Positions 31,858 through 41,304 are shown, counted from the stretch's first letter. The stretch: DNA of 64,000 bases from Pseudomonadota bacterium (GCA_039026395.1 JBCCMK010000007.1:1623-65622); one strand, 5' to 3'. Numbers and translations are program-made. The notes: generated from the sequence alone by a model not told the origin.

Positions 31858-32985
31858 CTAATTGGGGCGATAGCCGTAAATCCAGTCGAACCGTCGCTCA
31901 ATCAGGGCTTGCGGACTGAACCTCAGCGTCGCATCGCGGGCGGCTGCCATTGCGCCCCGCATGTGAAAGATGCGGCCGTTTTCGTCCGCTGCACGCTGGA
32001 GGCGCGTGGTTCTATATTTACGTGCGAGTTCAAATGCTCGGAGAGCGGTTGGAACATCTTCGTCTTGATTGAGATGGTGAGCGAGAGAGGCGGCGTCTTC
32101 GATTGCCATTGCGCCACCCTGCGCGAGAAAGGGTAGAGTGGGATGTGCCGCATCGCCTATCACAAGCCGCGTTCCATCACTCCAGCGGTTTAGCGGCGCC
32201 CGGCGCCACAAGCTCCAGGTCTGCCACTCGCGTAGGCTGAAAAGAACATCCTGTAGTGCATCGGAAAGTCTTAGATTTTTTGTGTGTGAGTCTATCGCGC
32301 TTCGCGGCTCAGACCAATTCTTGCCTCGGTCATTGTCTGGTAGAATGACGACGACGTTTAAGCTCCGCCCGGCATGTACAGGATAGGTGACAATGTGCGC
32401 ACCGGGCAGCAGCCAGGCGGTGACGACCATGTCCTGAAGCTCGCGAGGTGCCTTATTCATCGCAACAATAGCACGCCATGCGCGGTGGCCTGATGGCGTT
32501 GGCTGGGGTGCATCTGGATCAATTGAAACCGCCGAGCCGCCATGGAGGCCTGTGGCAAGCACGGTTAGATCGGCATCGACCGACTGTGAGGCGTTTCCAT
32601 CAACGCCGAGCCTGACGTCTATCCCGCACGATCGCACAGCCTCAAGCAGCGCGGCCTGTAAGTCCGCGCGATGGACTACCCAATATGGCGCGCCGTACTT
32701 CTGTTGAGCATGCTCGCCGAGCCGGACAGTTGAGAGCAGCTTTCCATCATCGCCTCGTCGGACGCGAACCGTTTCCGGTATCGAAGCACTGGGTCGAAGC
32801 GCGTCTCGCATTCCTAGCGAAAGCAAAACGCGCATCGCATTCGGTGAAAGCTGGATCCCGGCACCGGCCTCCGAAAGCTCTGATGCGCGGTCCGCGATCG
32901 TGACGGACCAGCCTGTCTTGAACAGCGCCAGTGCGGTTGTAAGCCCGCAAATACCCGCCCCGAAAATCTCCGCGCGCTTCGTCAT
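31858..32985 (-). CDS. FAD-dependent monooxygenase (salicylate hydroxylase-like)
   Basis: GAGICG, EAGAGIQLSPNA, HRADL and IGDAAHPTLPFLAQGGAMAIEDA. Confidence 0.9.
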   Translation of the reverse strand: MTKRAEIFGAGICGLTTALALFKTGWSVTIADRASELSEAGAGIQLSPNAMRVLLSLGMRDALRPSASIPETVRVRRGDDGKLLSTVRLGEHAQQKYGAPYWVVHRADLQAALLEAVRSCGIDVRLGVDGNASQSVDADLTVLATGLHGGSAVSIDPDAPQPTPSGHRAWRAIVAMNKAPRELQDMVVTAWLLPGAHIVTYPVHAGRSLNVVVILPDNDRGKNWSEPRSAIDSHTKNLRLSDALQDVLFSLREWQTWSLWRRAPLNRWSDGTRLVIGDAAHPTLPFLAQGGAMAIEDAASLAHHLNQDEDVPTALRAFELARKYRTTRLQRAADENGRIFHMRGAMAAARDATLRFSPQALIERRFDWIYGYRPN

Positions 32986-33158
32986 CAACCGGCCGATAAT
33001 ACCGTGTTGGCAACCTTTGAAAGCCATGCATCAGGTTTGATGGGTATTGTCATGCGGCGCCGTCCTGCTAATCACCGAGACCGGATACAGAAGTGGACCG
33101 CCTGAATTCAAGGGGCCAAACGGTTGCACGGTATGACGATAATTTGCGGTGCCGCTCT

Positions 33159-33917
33159 ATGCCTCAATTCCATTCAGACGAGGTCGATCTCGAATATCTC
33201 GACGAAGGTGATGGTATTCCTGTGCTGATGATCCACGGCTTTGCCTCGCGGATGGCTGTGAATTGGATCAACACGCTTTGGGTGAAAACCGTCGTTCAAT
33301 CAGGCAGGCGTGCAATTGCTTTTGACAATCGCGGTCATGGTGAAAGCCGCAAGTTCTACGACCCAAGCGCGTATGAGGCGCCAATGATGGCGGAAGACGC
33401 GCTGCGGCTACTTGATCACATGAAGATCGAGAAAGCGCATTGCATTGGCTACTCGATGGGTGCGCGGATTACAGCGTTCGCGGCGATGCGCGCGCCGGAG
33501 CGATTTTTGAGCGTGACGTTCGGTGGCCTTGGCGAAAACATGATCCTAGGGATCGGTGGCAGTGATGAAATCGCGCAAGCCCTCGAAGCCGAAAATGTCG
33601 CTGCCATCACCCATCCCCAAGCTGTTGCTTTTCGCGTCTTTGCCGACCAAACAAAAAGCGATCGCAAAGCGTTAGCCGCATGTATTCGCGCGTCGCGCCA
33701 GAGAATAACAGCCGATGAGATTGGGTCCGTCGCGACGCCTGCGCTTGTTGTCGTTGGCGAGAAAGATGACATTTCGGGATCGGCGAATGGCCTCGCGACG
33801 CTGATGCCAAACGCGTCCGCGGTCACGATTCCCGGCAAGGATCACATGTCCGCTGTCCGCGACCGAACGTTCAAGGCCGAAGCGCAGGCGTTTTGGGACA
33901 GGGTTGAGGCCGGGTGA
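33159..33917 (+). CDS. Alpha/beta hydrolase
   Basis: IHGFAS, DNRGHGES, GYSMG nucleophile elbow and DHM. Confidence 0.9.
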   Translation: MPQFHSDEVDLEYLDEGDGIPVLMIHGFASRMAVNWINTLWVKTVVQSGRRAIAFDNRGHGESRKFYDPSAYEAPMMAEDALRLLDHMKIEKAHCIGYSMGARITAFAAMRAPERFLSVTFGGLGENMILGIGGSDEIAQALEAENVAAITHPQAVAFRVFADQTKSDRKALAACIRASRQRITADEIGSVATPALVVVGEKDDISGSANGLATLMPNASAVTIPGKDHMSAVRDRTFKAEAQAFWDRVEAG

Positions 33918-34804
33918 CTCTCGCAATCTTTGAGGGCGTTGAAGGCAATCGCCTTGTCGCAACGCGCTACGGTTTGGGGAACGGCCCCCCAATCATTCTC
34001 TCCCATGGCGGCGGGCAAACCCGTCATGCCTGGGATACGACCGGCGCGCGGTTGGCTGACACGGGCTACACAGTCTTTGCCTATGATCACCGGGGTCATG
34101 GCGAAAGCGATTGGGTCGTGTCGAAGAAGTACCGATTTGACGACTTCGCACGCGACCAGATTGCGATCGCAGAGAGTGTTTTGGTGGAGACCGGGAAACA
34201 TCCGGTTATCGTTGGAGCATCGCTTGGCGGCATCTCGGCTATGCTTGCCAGTAGTCATGGCAAAGCGGACCTTTTTTCCGCCTTCGTGATGGTCGACATT
34301 ACGCCGTGGATGGACCTGAATGGCGTTTCGCGCATTCAGGGCTTCATGCGCGAACGCATGCATGAAGGGTTTCAATCGCTGGACGAAGCAGCGGACGCCA
34401 TCGCTCAATATCTGCCGCATCGCGCGCGACCGAAATCGATGAACGGTTTGGCGAAGAATTTGAGGCTTGGCGATGATGGCCGGTACCGGTGGCATTGGGA
34501 TCCTGCGACTTTGGACGGCCCGTCACCCTATGACACTGATCCTGATGATCTGATTCAGCGGATGGAAACTGGGGCAAAGCTTATGGCCGCGCCCACCCTT
34601 CTCCTTCGGGGAAAGCGAAGCGAGCTTATTACTCTCGACCATGTCAGAGACTTCCAAACGCTTGTTCCGCACGCCGAATTTGTCGATATCGGGGGGGCAG
34701 GGCACATGATTGCGGGTGACGATAATGATGTGTTTTCAGCGTCCTTGATCGCCTTTTTGGAGCGCGCGATACCGGTTAAACACAGCCTGGCTCAAAAAAA
34801 GTGA
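33914..34804 (+). CDS. Alpha/beta hydrolase
   Basis: HGGGQTRHAW, DHRGHGES, GASLGG and AGHMIAGD. Confidence 0.9.
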   Translation: MTLAIFEGVEGNRLVATRYGLGNGPPIILSHGGGQTRHAWDTTGARLADTGYTVFAYDHRGHGESDWVVSKKYRFDDFARDQIAIAESVLVETGKHPVIVGASLGGISAMLASSHGKADLFSAFVMVDITPWMDLNGVSRIQGFMRERMHEGFQSLDEAADAIAQYLPHRARPKSMNGLAKNLRLGDDGRYRWHWDPATLDGPSPYDTDPDDLIQRMETGAKLMAAPTLLLRGKRSELITLDHVRDFQTLVPHAEFVDIGGAGHMIAGDDNDVFSASLIAFLERAIPVKHSLAQKK

Positions 34805-34870
34805 GCGCTGTGCCCCTGTTTTTTCGACGGTCGGGATGCAATATCTAGCTCTTCTAAAGAGGAACGCGCG

Positions 34871-35710
34871 ATGCCATCGACGAATTTAAAAACCGCTCCG
34901 AAGGTCGCGACGCTTGACCCGCTTTGGTCGGATATTCGGGCCGACGCGGAAGCGTTGGTTTCAACGGAACCTGGGCTTGCATCCTTTGCGTATCGGTCTG
35001 TCTTGTCTGAAGATCGGCTCGAAGACGCCGTTTTTGCCCGCATTTCTGCGCGTTTGAGCGATTCGGATGTGACGAGCGAGTTATTGCGGGGGACATTCCG
35101 GGATGCGCTCGACGATAAGCCGACCATCGCATCAGATGTACGTGCCGATCTCGCTGCAATCATGGATCGCGATCCGGCATGCCACAGAGCGCTTGAGCCG
35201 GTCCTTTATTTCAAAGGCTTCCACGCCGTTCAAGCGGCCCGCCTCGCGCATTGGCTCTGGAACAAGGGTCGCAAGGACTTCGCGTACTGGATGCAGAGCC
35301 GCAGTTCATCGGTGTTTGGAACGGACATTCACCCGGCCGCAAAGATCGGTCGTGGCATCATGTTTGATCATGCAACGGGCATTATCGTCGGCGAAACTGC
35401 GGTGATTTCAGACGATGTTTCGATGTTGCATGGTGTGACGCTCGGCGGAAACGGTAAGGAAACAGGCGATCGTCATCCAAAGGTCGGGCGCGGTGTTCTG
35501 ATCGGAGCAGGCGCAAAAATCCTCGGCAACTTGGAGATAGGCCGCTGCGCCCGGATCGCAGCAGGGTCCGTTGTCCTTCGTGATGTGCCGGAATGCGTGA
35601 CGGTCGCCGGTGTTCCCGCCGAAATCGTCGGAGAAGCAGGGTGCCATGAACCTGCTCGCTCCATGAACCACGCGCTTGCCACTCATGATTTTCTGGGTGA
35701 GGGCATTTAG
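34871..35710 (+). CDS. cysE: Serine O-acetyltransferase
   Basis: DRDPAC, YFKGFHAVQ, DIHPAAKIG and DRHPKVG. Confidence 0.97.
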   Translation: MPSTNLKTAPKVATLDPLWSDIRADAEALVSTEPGLASFAYRSVLSEDRLEDAVFARISARLSDSDVTSELLRGTFRDALDDKPTIASDVRADLAAIMDRDPACHRALEPVLYFKGFHAVQAARLAHWLWNKGRKDFAYWMQSRSSSVFGTDIHPAAKIGRGIMFDHATGIIVGETAVISDDVSMLHGVTLGGNGKETGDRHPKVGRGVLIGAGAKILGNLEIGRCARIAAGSVVLRDVPECVTVAGVPAEIVGEAGCHEPARSMNHALATHDFLGEGI

Positions 35711-35773
35711 AGGGTTGCATTAGCGATCCCAGCCGGGCATCCGGGTGGCTCACACGGGCAAAAGTGATCGGCA

Positions 35774-35989
35774 ATGACAGCGGCAGAAACTGCAAAAATA
35801 GAGAAGTACTTGAGAAATCTCTTTCGGCTGTCGGCCATTCAGGTTCGCCAACGGCCTAAGAAGGACGATTCTGCTGAGGTTTACATCGATGATGAGTTCA
35901 TCGGGGTGATTTTCCGCGATGATGAAGACGAGGATCTGTCTTACAATTTCCAGATGGCGATTCTGGACTTTGACTTAGAAGACGCGTGA
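35774..35989 (+). CDS. DUF3126 family protein
   Basis: RPKKDDSAEVYIDDEFIGV...LSYNFQMAILDFDL, adjacent to cysE. Confidence 0.88.
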   Translation: MTAAETAKIEKYLRNLFRLSAIQVRQRPKKDDSAEVYIDDEFIGVIFRDDEDEDLSYNFQMAILDFDLEDA

Positions 35990-35994
35990 GCCGC

Positions 35995-36681
35995 CTAGGA
36001 AGCAAGCATTCCTCGTATTAATCGGTCTACGGCGACGTCAAAGCGTCGCCAATCGCCGAGCAGCGATGTCGGAAACTGGACCGCAAACTCAAGATCATTC
36101 GACACCTGTACGATGTGCAGGCACGCGTAGCGAAGGCTTTTGCGGCCAGTATCTGCGCATCGTGCGATAAACGTGCGTCCGGCATCACGACCAATATAGA
36201 GCGTTTCGCCGTCGTAGCCCGAGTGGTCGTTAAAGGCGCGCGCTTCCAGTCCAGCGACGTCAATCGATCTTGGGATTGTGTTTGGGATGTAAACGCTGGA
36301 CAGCAGCTCGGCTTGCGGCACGGTGGTCGATGGTCGATGGATCAAAATGCCGATTCGACTGTCATTCCATGGGTGGTCAGCTTCAAGACTGGGTGTCTCA
36401 GTTTCGGCGAGCACCGTGCGATAGGGCAGGCGGACTGAGATCATATTCGGATCAGACCTTTGCTCGGTTTTCCGAGTGAGCCATTCGCCTGGAATGAGGA
36501 CGTCGTGTGGCCCATAGGTCCGTCGAACAAGGGCCGGAATAGCATCGCCTTCGGTCTCAAAGACGAGTGATGCCGTGTGCGCGACCTTTTCATAGAGCAG
36601 GTATCCGCCCGCGATCATCATCGCCACGATGAACGCTCCAACTATCATCGGCAGGTTAATGCGATGAGGATCATCTTGCAT
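35995..36681 (-). CDS. Hypothetical protein with single N-terminal TM anchor
   Basis: One TM helix, then a soluble domain with a C-terminal Cys pair (FIARC...C) and LLGDWRR. Start uncertain. Confidence 0.7.
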   Translation of the reverse strand: MQDDPHRINLPMIVGAFIVAMMIAGGYLLYEKVAHTASLVFETEGDAIPALVRRTYGPHDVLIPGEWLTRKTEQRSDPNMISVRLPYRTVLAETETPSLEADHPWNDSRIGILIHRPSTTVPQAELLSSVYIPNTIPRSIDVAGLEARAFNDHSGYDGETLYIGRDAGRTFIARCADTGRKSLRYACLHIVQVSNDLEFAVQFPTSLLGDWRRFDVAVDRLIRGMLAS

Positions 36682-36782
36682 GTGAACTGGAAAACGACGC
36701 GGTGGAACGCGTCTGGCAAGGGGTCGCGAATACATGGTGCAAACCAACAATGAGTGACCCGAAATGCGGTATCCGTTTCAGT

Positions 36783-36798
36783 TTAAAACAGGATTAAC
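36783..36798. promoter_or_regulatory. CtrA binding site
   Basis: TTAA-AACAGGA-TTAAC is a perfect TTAA-N7-TTAAC; a second near-match TTAC-N7-TTAAC lies at 36862-36877. Confidence 0.75.
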
Positions 36799-36906
36799 CA
36801 TGTCCAATAAAGGGCATCCATTTACGGGGCATTAGGCTTGCTTAATCCCTGCTAACAATCGTTACTGACACCTTAACCCAATAGTTCAAATACGAGCGGC
36901 GTTGCG

Positions 36907-37218
36907 TTGATGCTCACAGAGTTATTTGTATTTTTCCTCGCGATAGCGACTGGATATGCAGCCAGCGGCCTCGTCGCGAGCGGCTACCAACTCCTCACCG
37001 ACAAGCCCGCGAGTTTCCAAGTCGTCCCGGAAAGCGTTCCAGGCCGCCTTCTCTATGTGCCGGTGCTGGCGCTCGGAGGGCCGGTGATCTTGATGAGAAA
37101 CGCGGTGCGCGCTCAATTCATCGAAGGTCGGCCGCGTGGATGGCTCTACGCAACGATCGCCTTAGCATCCGGGTGGAGCTTTGTTTCTGGGCTGCTTGTG
37201 CTACGGGCGATGCTCTAG
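36907..37218 (+). CDS. Conserved small membrane protein (DUF6949-like)
   Basis: Three hydrophobic segments; GLVASGYQLLTDKPASF and WSFVSG. Confidence 0.7.
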   Translation: MMLTELFVFFLAIATGYAASGLVASGYQLLTDKPASFQVVPESVPGRLLYVPVLALGGPVILMRNAVRAQFIEGRPRGWLYATIALASGWSFVSGLLVLRAML

Positions 37219-37242
37219 TCATCAGCGAAGAGCATTCTTTCG

Positions 37243-37767
37243 ATGGCGATTTTTACGCTTGACGAGACCATACCGAGCATAGATTCGACGGCGTGGACTG
37301 CGCATGACGCGATAGTCCTTGGAAATGTCTCACTCCTTAAAGAAACGAGCGTTTGGTTCGGTGCCGTCCTTCGCGGTGACAATGAACCGATCACAATTGG
37401 AGACCGCTCGAACGTTCAGGACCTAACGGTTATTCACACTGATCCGGGCTTCCCGGTCCATGTCGGTGCGGACTGTACTATCGGCCACCGTGCGATCTTG
37501 CACGGATGCACGATAGGCGAGGGGAGCCTCGTTGGCATGGGCGCAATCATTCTGAACGGTGTATCAGTCGGTTCGGGCTGTCTAATCGGTGCGGGAGCAT
37601 TGATCACTGAGGGAAAGACTATTCCCGACAACTCGCTCGTTATCGGTTCACCGGGCAAGGTTGTTAGAACAGTGTCAGCAGAGGAGCGCGAGGGCCTGAT
37701 CCATTCGGCGGCGCGCTATGTGGCGAACGCAGCGCGATTTCGATCCAGTCTAAAACCTACCGCCTGA
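37243..37767 (+). CDS. Gamma carbonic anhydrase family protein
   Basis: [24 protein letters not shown] and [10 protein letters not shown]; hexapeptide repeats. Confidence 0.93.
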   Translation: MAIFTLDETIPSIDSTAWTAHDAIVLGNVSLLKETSVWFGAVLRGDNEPITIGDRSNVQDLTVIHTDPGFPVHVGADCTIGHRAILHGCTIGEGSLVGMGAIILNGVSVGSGCLIGAGALITEGKTIPDNSLVIGSPGKVVRTVSAEEREGLIHSAARYVANAARFRSSLKPTA

Positions 37768-37777
37768 ACGATCGCCT

Positions 37778-37812
37778 AAAAAGGGTGAGGCCGGCTCCCG
37801 AAGGAACCGGCC
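37778..37812 (-). terminator. UUCG-capped terminator hairpin
   Basis: Minus strand reads GGCCGGTTCC-TTCG-GGAGCCGGCC followed by TCACCCTTTTT. Confidence 0.75.
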
Positions 37813-37818
37813 CCGACA

Positions 37819-37862
37819 TTGCCCGGCCTTTGGGGATGGGGGAGTGGGGACGGACCGGGCAA
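37819..37862 (-). ncRNA. Candidate 3'-UTR structured RNA with C-rich loop
   Basis: Stem TTGCCCGG/CCGGGCAA encloses TCCGTCCCCACTCCCCCATCCCCAAAGG on the minus strand. Confidence 0.45.
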
Positions 37863-37897
37863 ATCCGTGACTCCAAACTCGAAATCTGTCTGGTGAA

Positions 37898-38536
37898 TTA
37901 GTTGAGCGACGTGAAAAACCGCGTCGGCGAACGGTCATCTCGCCGATCGAGCGCGACCCACTTGGCTGGGTGATGACGCGATTGACGCTTCAGGAAGCGG
38001 TATTCGGTATCGTCCCAAGCGAGAAGCCGGTCGTTGACGTTGTCGAGAACGAAGTCGCCCCAGTCAGTCACAACCGTCAAGACAGCGTGGCCTTCACCTT
38101 GGCGGTCAATCACGACCGTGATCAGAAGCGATTCAGCAGGCCAACCGCGCTCCATGAGCATGTGACGCTTCAGAAGGACGTAATCCTCGCAATCGCCGTA
38201 TCGGGCGGGATAAGTCCAGTGTTCAGCGGTCGCGTAAATCTCAGCGTCTGTTGCTGGGCGGACTTGGCGATTGACCGCGCGATTGATGAAATCGAGCTCG
38301 TGCCAACGCTCGGTCGTAAGCGCCATGCGCTGCGGCTGCGTCGCGCCGCCGCGACACTCCTGCGGACGTGCCCGACAGAACGTGACATGGCCGATCGGCG
38401 GCAATGTCTTGCCGTACTCAACCATATTAGTCGTGTAATCATGCGAAGCATTGCCCGCATGTGCAGGAGCATTGAGCTCCATGGCCCCAGCCACAAATGT
38501 TGCCGCCAGGAACCCCGCTGCGATGATTTTTTTCAT
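37898..38536 (-). CDS. Transglutaminase-like cysteine peptidase (BTLCP/LapG family)
   Basis: Signal peptide; GDCEDYVLLKR, GHAVL and VLDN provide the Cys-His-Asp triad. Confidence 0.93.
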   Translation of the reverse strand: MKKIIAAGFLAATFVAGAMELNAPAHAGNASHDYTTNMVEYGKTLPPIGHVTFCRARPQECRGGATQPQRMALTTERWHELDFINRAVNRQVRPATDAEIYATAEHWTYPARYGDCEDYVLLKRHMLMERGWPAESLLITVVIDRQGEGHAVLTVVTDWGDFVLDNVNDRLLAWDDTEYRFLKRQSRHHPAKWVALDRRDDRSPTRFFTSLN

Positions 38537-38711
38537 TCGGTGGCCCCTTCCCTGTATGCGAGCACCATACAGAAGACGCGCTGAAAAAGCGTGCCGGGAA
38601 CCGTTCAAATTTGAGCAATAGTTAAATCAATGATGGGTAAAAAACACCAACAATATCAATCAATTACGATGAAATTACGTGGTGAATTCCAGGCGCAGCG
38701 ACCTTGAAATC

Positions 38712-38727
38712 TTAATATATAGTTAAC
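38712..38727. promoter_or_regulatory. CtrA binding site upstream of the BTLCP gene
   Basis: TTAA-TATATAG-TTAAC is a perfect consensus match. Confidence 0.75.
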
Positions 38728-38740
38728 GCCAAGCGGCCGG

Positions 38741-39346
38741 TCAGAGACTAAAGAGACGCTCTGTGACGGCGTCCGTGTCCTTAAAGACGACTGAGAACTC
38801 TACGGCGATGCCTTCGTCGAAGTGTCGTACGACGCGACCTCGCATCTGGCCAAGGGTGATCGGCGAACCAATCGCCGGTTTGACCTCGATCGCGATGGCA
38901 GCACCGGAGAGGGAGATATCCAGAACACGACACTTATATTCACGCCCGTCCACGAGGGTGATATGCGTCATGCTTTGCTTAGAGCTATCGCGATCGTGGC
39001 GACGATCCTCAGGCAGGTTGAGAGCATGCCGGTTGGCAAGCCACGTTAGTTGCGCGGCAAGTCGTTCACGTTTTCGGGTCGTGCCATTGATGTGCATGGC
39101 AAAGCCGCCGTCGAAGATCCGAGCGACATTACCTTCTAAGCGGCCGATATGATCGAGATAGCAGACCACTCGCTCATTCGGTTCGGGGCGAACAGGGGAG
39201 ACGAGGGCGACACCGCCAGGTGACATATTTTTTGTCTGACAGGGAAATTCTTGGCGGTTTGAAAGCATAAACCGCCCCAGCACGCTAACATCGACTCGCT
39301 GATAACGACGACTATCGACAAACTTGGGCTGGGGCAAAGCTGACAT
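38741..39346 (-). CDS. Tandem PilZ domain protein
   Basis: RRYQR...NMSPGG and RRHDR...DISLSG give two RxxxR/(D/N)xSxxG motif pairs. Confidence 0.93.
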   Translation of the reverse strand: MSALPQPKFVDSRRYQRVDVSVLGRFMLSNRQEFPCQTKNMSPGGVALVSPVRPEPNERVVCYLDHIGRLEGNVARIFDGGFAMHINGTTRKRERLAAQLTWLANRHALNLPEDRRHDRDSSKQSMTHITLVDGREYKCRVLDISLSGAAIAIEVKPAIGSPITLGQMRGRVVRHFDEGIAVEFSVVFKDTDAVTERLFSL

Positions 39347-39453
39347 GAGATCGGGCCGTTGGTGTGAAACTGCCCGGAGATATTGTCGGGTTGCCGTTAA
39401 TAACGGGTAACTCGAATGTTCCAGAATCTAAAACAAAGTTGAGTTATGGCCTT

Positions 39454-40146
39454 TTAGACGTCTTTACCGCCGTCGATGACGGTCAAATGTCCAAAGCGGC
39501 GTCCGCTCGAAGACGCGATTTGACCGGCAGCGCCTCCATTCCCGAGGCCAGCAAAAGCTTGTCTCGTCTCTGCGGCTTCTTCGTCCGGCCAAATCAAACG
39601 AACAGAACGGGCTTTCTGTGAGATAACCGGATTAACGCCAAGCCAGTAGGGCGACTCCGCAGCGCTCATGGCGCCTAAAAAGCGTGACACGCGACCATCA
39701 TGATGCCGCAAGGGGAGAACAACGAGTTCGAAAGGCAGATGTTGATCGCGATCAGTAGATCCTACGAGTTGAACCACTCCAACCGCGCCGTCGCGGGCTA
39801 CATTGTGGAGGAGCGTTTCAAAGCCTTCCCGGTCAGCGTCATTCCAGAGCTCTAGGAAGTCGCGCCCTTTCAGCTCTTTTCGATACGCAGCGCAGAGCCT
39901 GGTGCCCGCCAACCGGTAGCGATAGTCCATCGTATTGTACGTTTCGATGATAAAGACATCCGGCAACAGCATGTGGATGTCTGACGGCTCAATCTCTGAC
40001 CGCCACGGTGCAAAACGCGACCGGCGGATTCGGTTCCAGTAACCGAACAGCTCGCGCGTTGTGTTGTAACGCATCGCCCCCACGTCTTCGCCGTCCTCGA
40101 GCTTCTTATCGAAATCGTTCATTGTCTCTGTCCGCTTCTGGGTCAT
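39454..40146 (-). CDS. PAS domain protein (PAS_5/DUF1457)
   Basis: LFGYWNRIR..APWRSEIEP, YRLAGTRLC and C-terminal HLTVIDGGK. Start uncertain. Confidence 0.85.
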   Translation of the reverse strand: MTQKRTETMNDFDKKLEDGEDVGAMRYNTTRELFGYWNRIRRSRFAPWRSEIEPSDIHMLLPDVFIIETYNTMDYRYRLAGTRLCAAYRKELKGRDFLELWNDADREGFETLLHNVARDGAVGVVQLVGSTDRDQHLPFELVVLPLRHHDGRVSRFLGAMSAAESPYWLGVNPVISQKARSVRLIWPDEEAAETRQAFAGLGNGGAAGQIASSSGRRFGHLTVIDGGKDV

Positions 40147-40179
40147 TCAGTCGATCATTGATCGTCACAGGCCCGAGGG

Positions 40180-40196
40180 AGCAGCGAGCGTGCCAA
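40180..40196 (-). promoter_or_regulatory. Putative sigma-54 (-24/-12) promoter
   Basis: Minus strand TTGGCACGCTCGCTGCT has GG-N10-GC spacing, about 35 nt upstream of the PAS gene. Confidence 0.55.
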
Positions 40197-40558
40197 CAGT
40201 AAACGCGTCTTAAGAGAAACGGGATTGAAACCATTCATTAAGGTTAATTAACGCGCCTGAGTCCGACGCGTTTCAGGACAGTTTCACGATCTAAGACCCA
40301 CCACGGCTGCAAAACGTCCATGGAATGGAACAAAATCGGACGTATTTCCCGGATTTCGCCTTACATTGGTGCCGTCAGTAAACCCCGGTTGAAAGATTGA
40401 CGCACCTATTGGACGGCGAAGACACCGACTTTTGAAAGCTCCATTACGGTGGAGTTAAGATTTGTCATCGGTCCGTTTTGCGACGGTGTCGCCCTGCGGG
40501 ACATGTGGAACTACATTCAGCACTAGATATCGGCACACTGATCCGCCACATACGATCT

Positions 40559-41293
40559 ATGTCGGACGATATGCATCAAACGAGAGAGCCTATTTTTAAT
40601 TTGCCGGGCGTCGTTACAGCGCTCGTTGCACTGCTCGCGCTTATCCATCTCGGGCGTTCGTTCCTGCCCATCACCGCGGATGTCGTTGTTTTGGGAGAGT
40701 TTGCGTTCGTCCCGGCCTTTATCCGGGACATGGCAAGCGGCGCCTATGGCGACCTCGTCATTCCAGGCGGCTTCTGGACGTTTGTCACTTACGCCTTTCT
40801 CCATGGCGACTGGATGCACCTCATTGTCAATTCGCTTTGGATCGTGGCGTTTGGACCCGCCATCTACTGGCGCTTTGGCTTTACGCGTTTCGCGCTGTTT
40901 TCGTTGATCGGCGCAGTCGCCGGCGCCGCAGTCTATTTCGTAAATCACAGCAACGAGCTGGTTCCGATGGTCGGCGCATCCGCGGTCGTTTCCGCTTATA
41001 TGGCTGCTGCACTGAGGTTTGCGTTCCAAGACGGTGCGCCACTCGGATATGGCGCGCGCAAGGATGCGAGTGCCTATCGAATGCCAGCAAATAGCCTCAC
41101 TGAGGCGTTTTCGAACCGCACCGTGCTCGGGTTCATTGCGGTCTATCTCGCAATCAATCTCTTATTCGGCGTCGGTGCATTTGAAGGTGCTGGCGGGCAG
41201 GGGAGGGTAGCCTGGGAAGCGCATTTAGGCGGCTTTGCGGCGGGTCTTTTTCTCTTTCCGCTCTTTGACCCAATCAGCAACCGCCAGGTTTAG
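40559..41293 (+). CDS. Rhomboid intramembrane serine protease
   Basis: FLHGDWMHLIVN, GASA and AWEAHLGG. Confidence 0.93.
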   Translation: MSDDMHQTREPIFNLPGVVTALVALLALIHLGRSFLPITADVVVLGEFAFVPAFIRDMASGAYGDLVIPGGFWTFVTYAFLHGDWMHLIVNSLWIVAFGPAIYWRFGFTRFALFSLIGAVAGAAVYFVNHSNELVPMVGASAVVSAYMAAALRFAFQDGAPLGYGARKDASAYRMPANSLTEAFSNRTVLGFIAVYLAINLLFGVGAFEGAGGQGRVAWEAHLGGFAAGLFLFPLFDPISNRQV

Positions 41294-41304
41294 GCCACTC
41301 TATA

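Noticed and set aside
38581-38597. Sigma-54 promoter upstream of the BTLCP gene (CGGCACGCTTTTTCA)
   Set aside because: The -24 element is present but the -12 GC is replaced by CA.
40411-40493. Possible structured RNA upstream of the rhomboid gene (GACACCG/CGGTGTC enclosing CTCCA/TGGAG)
   Set aside because: The stems are short and compatible with chance; there is no terminator or known motif.
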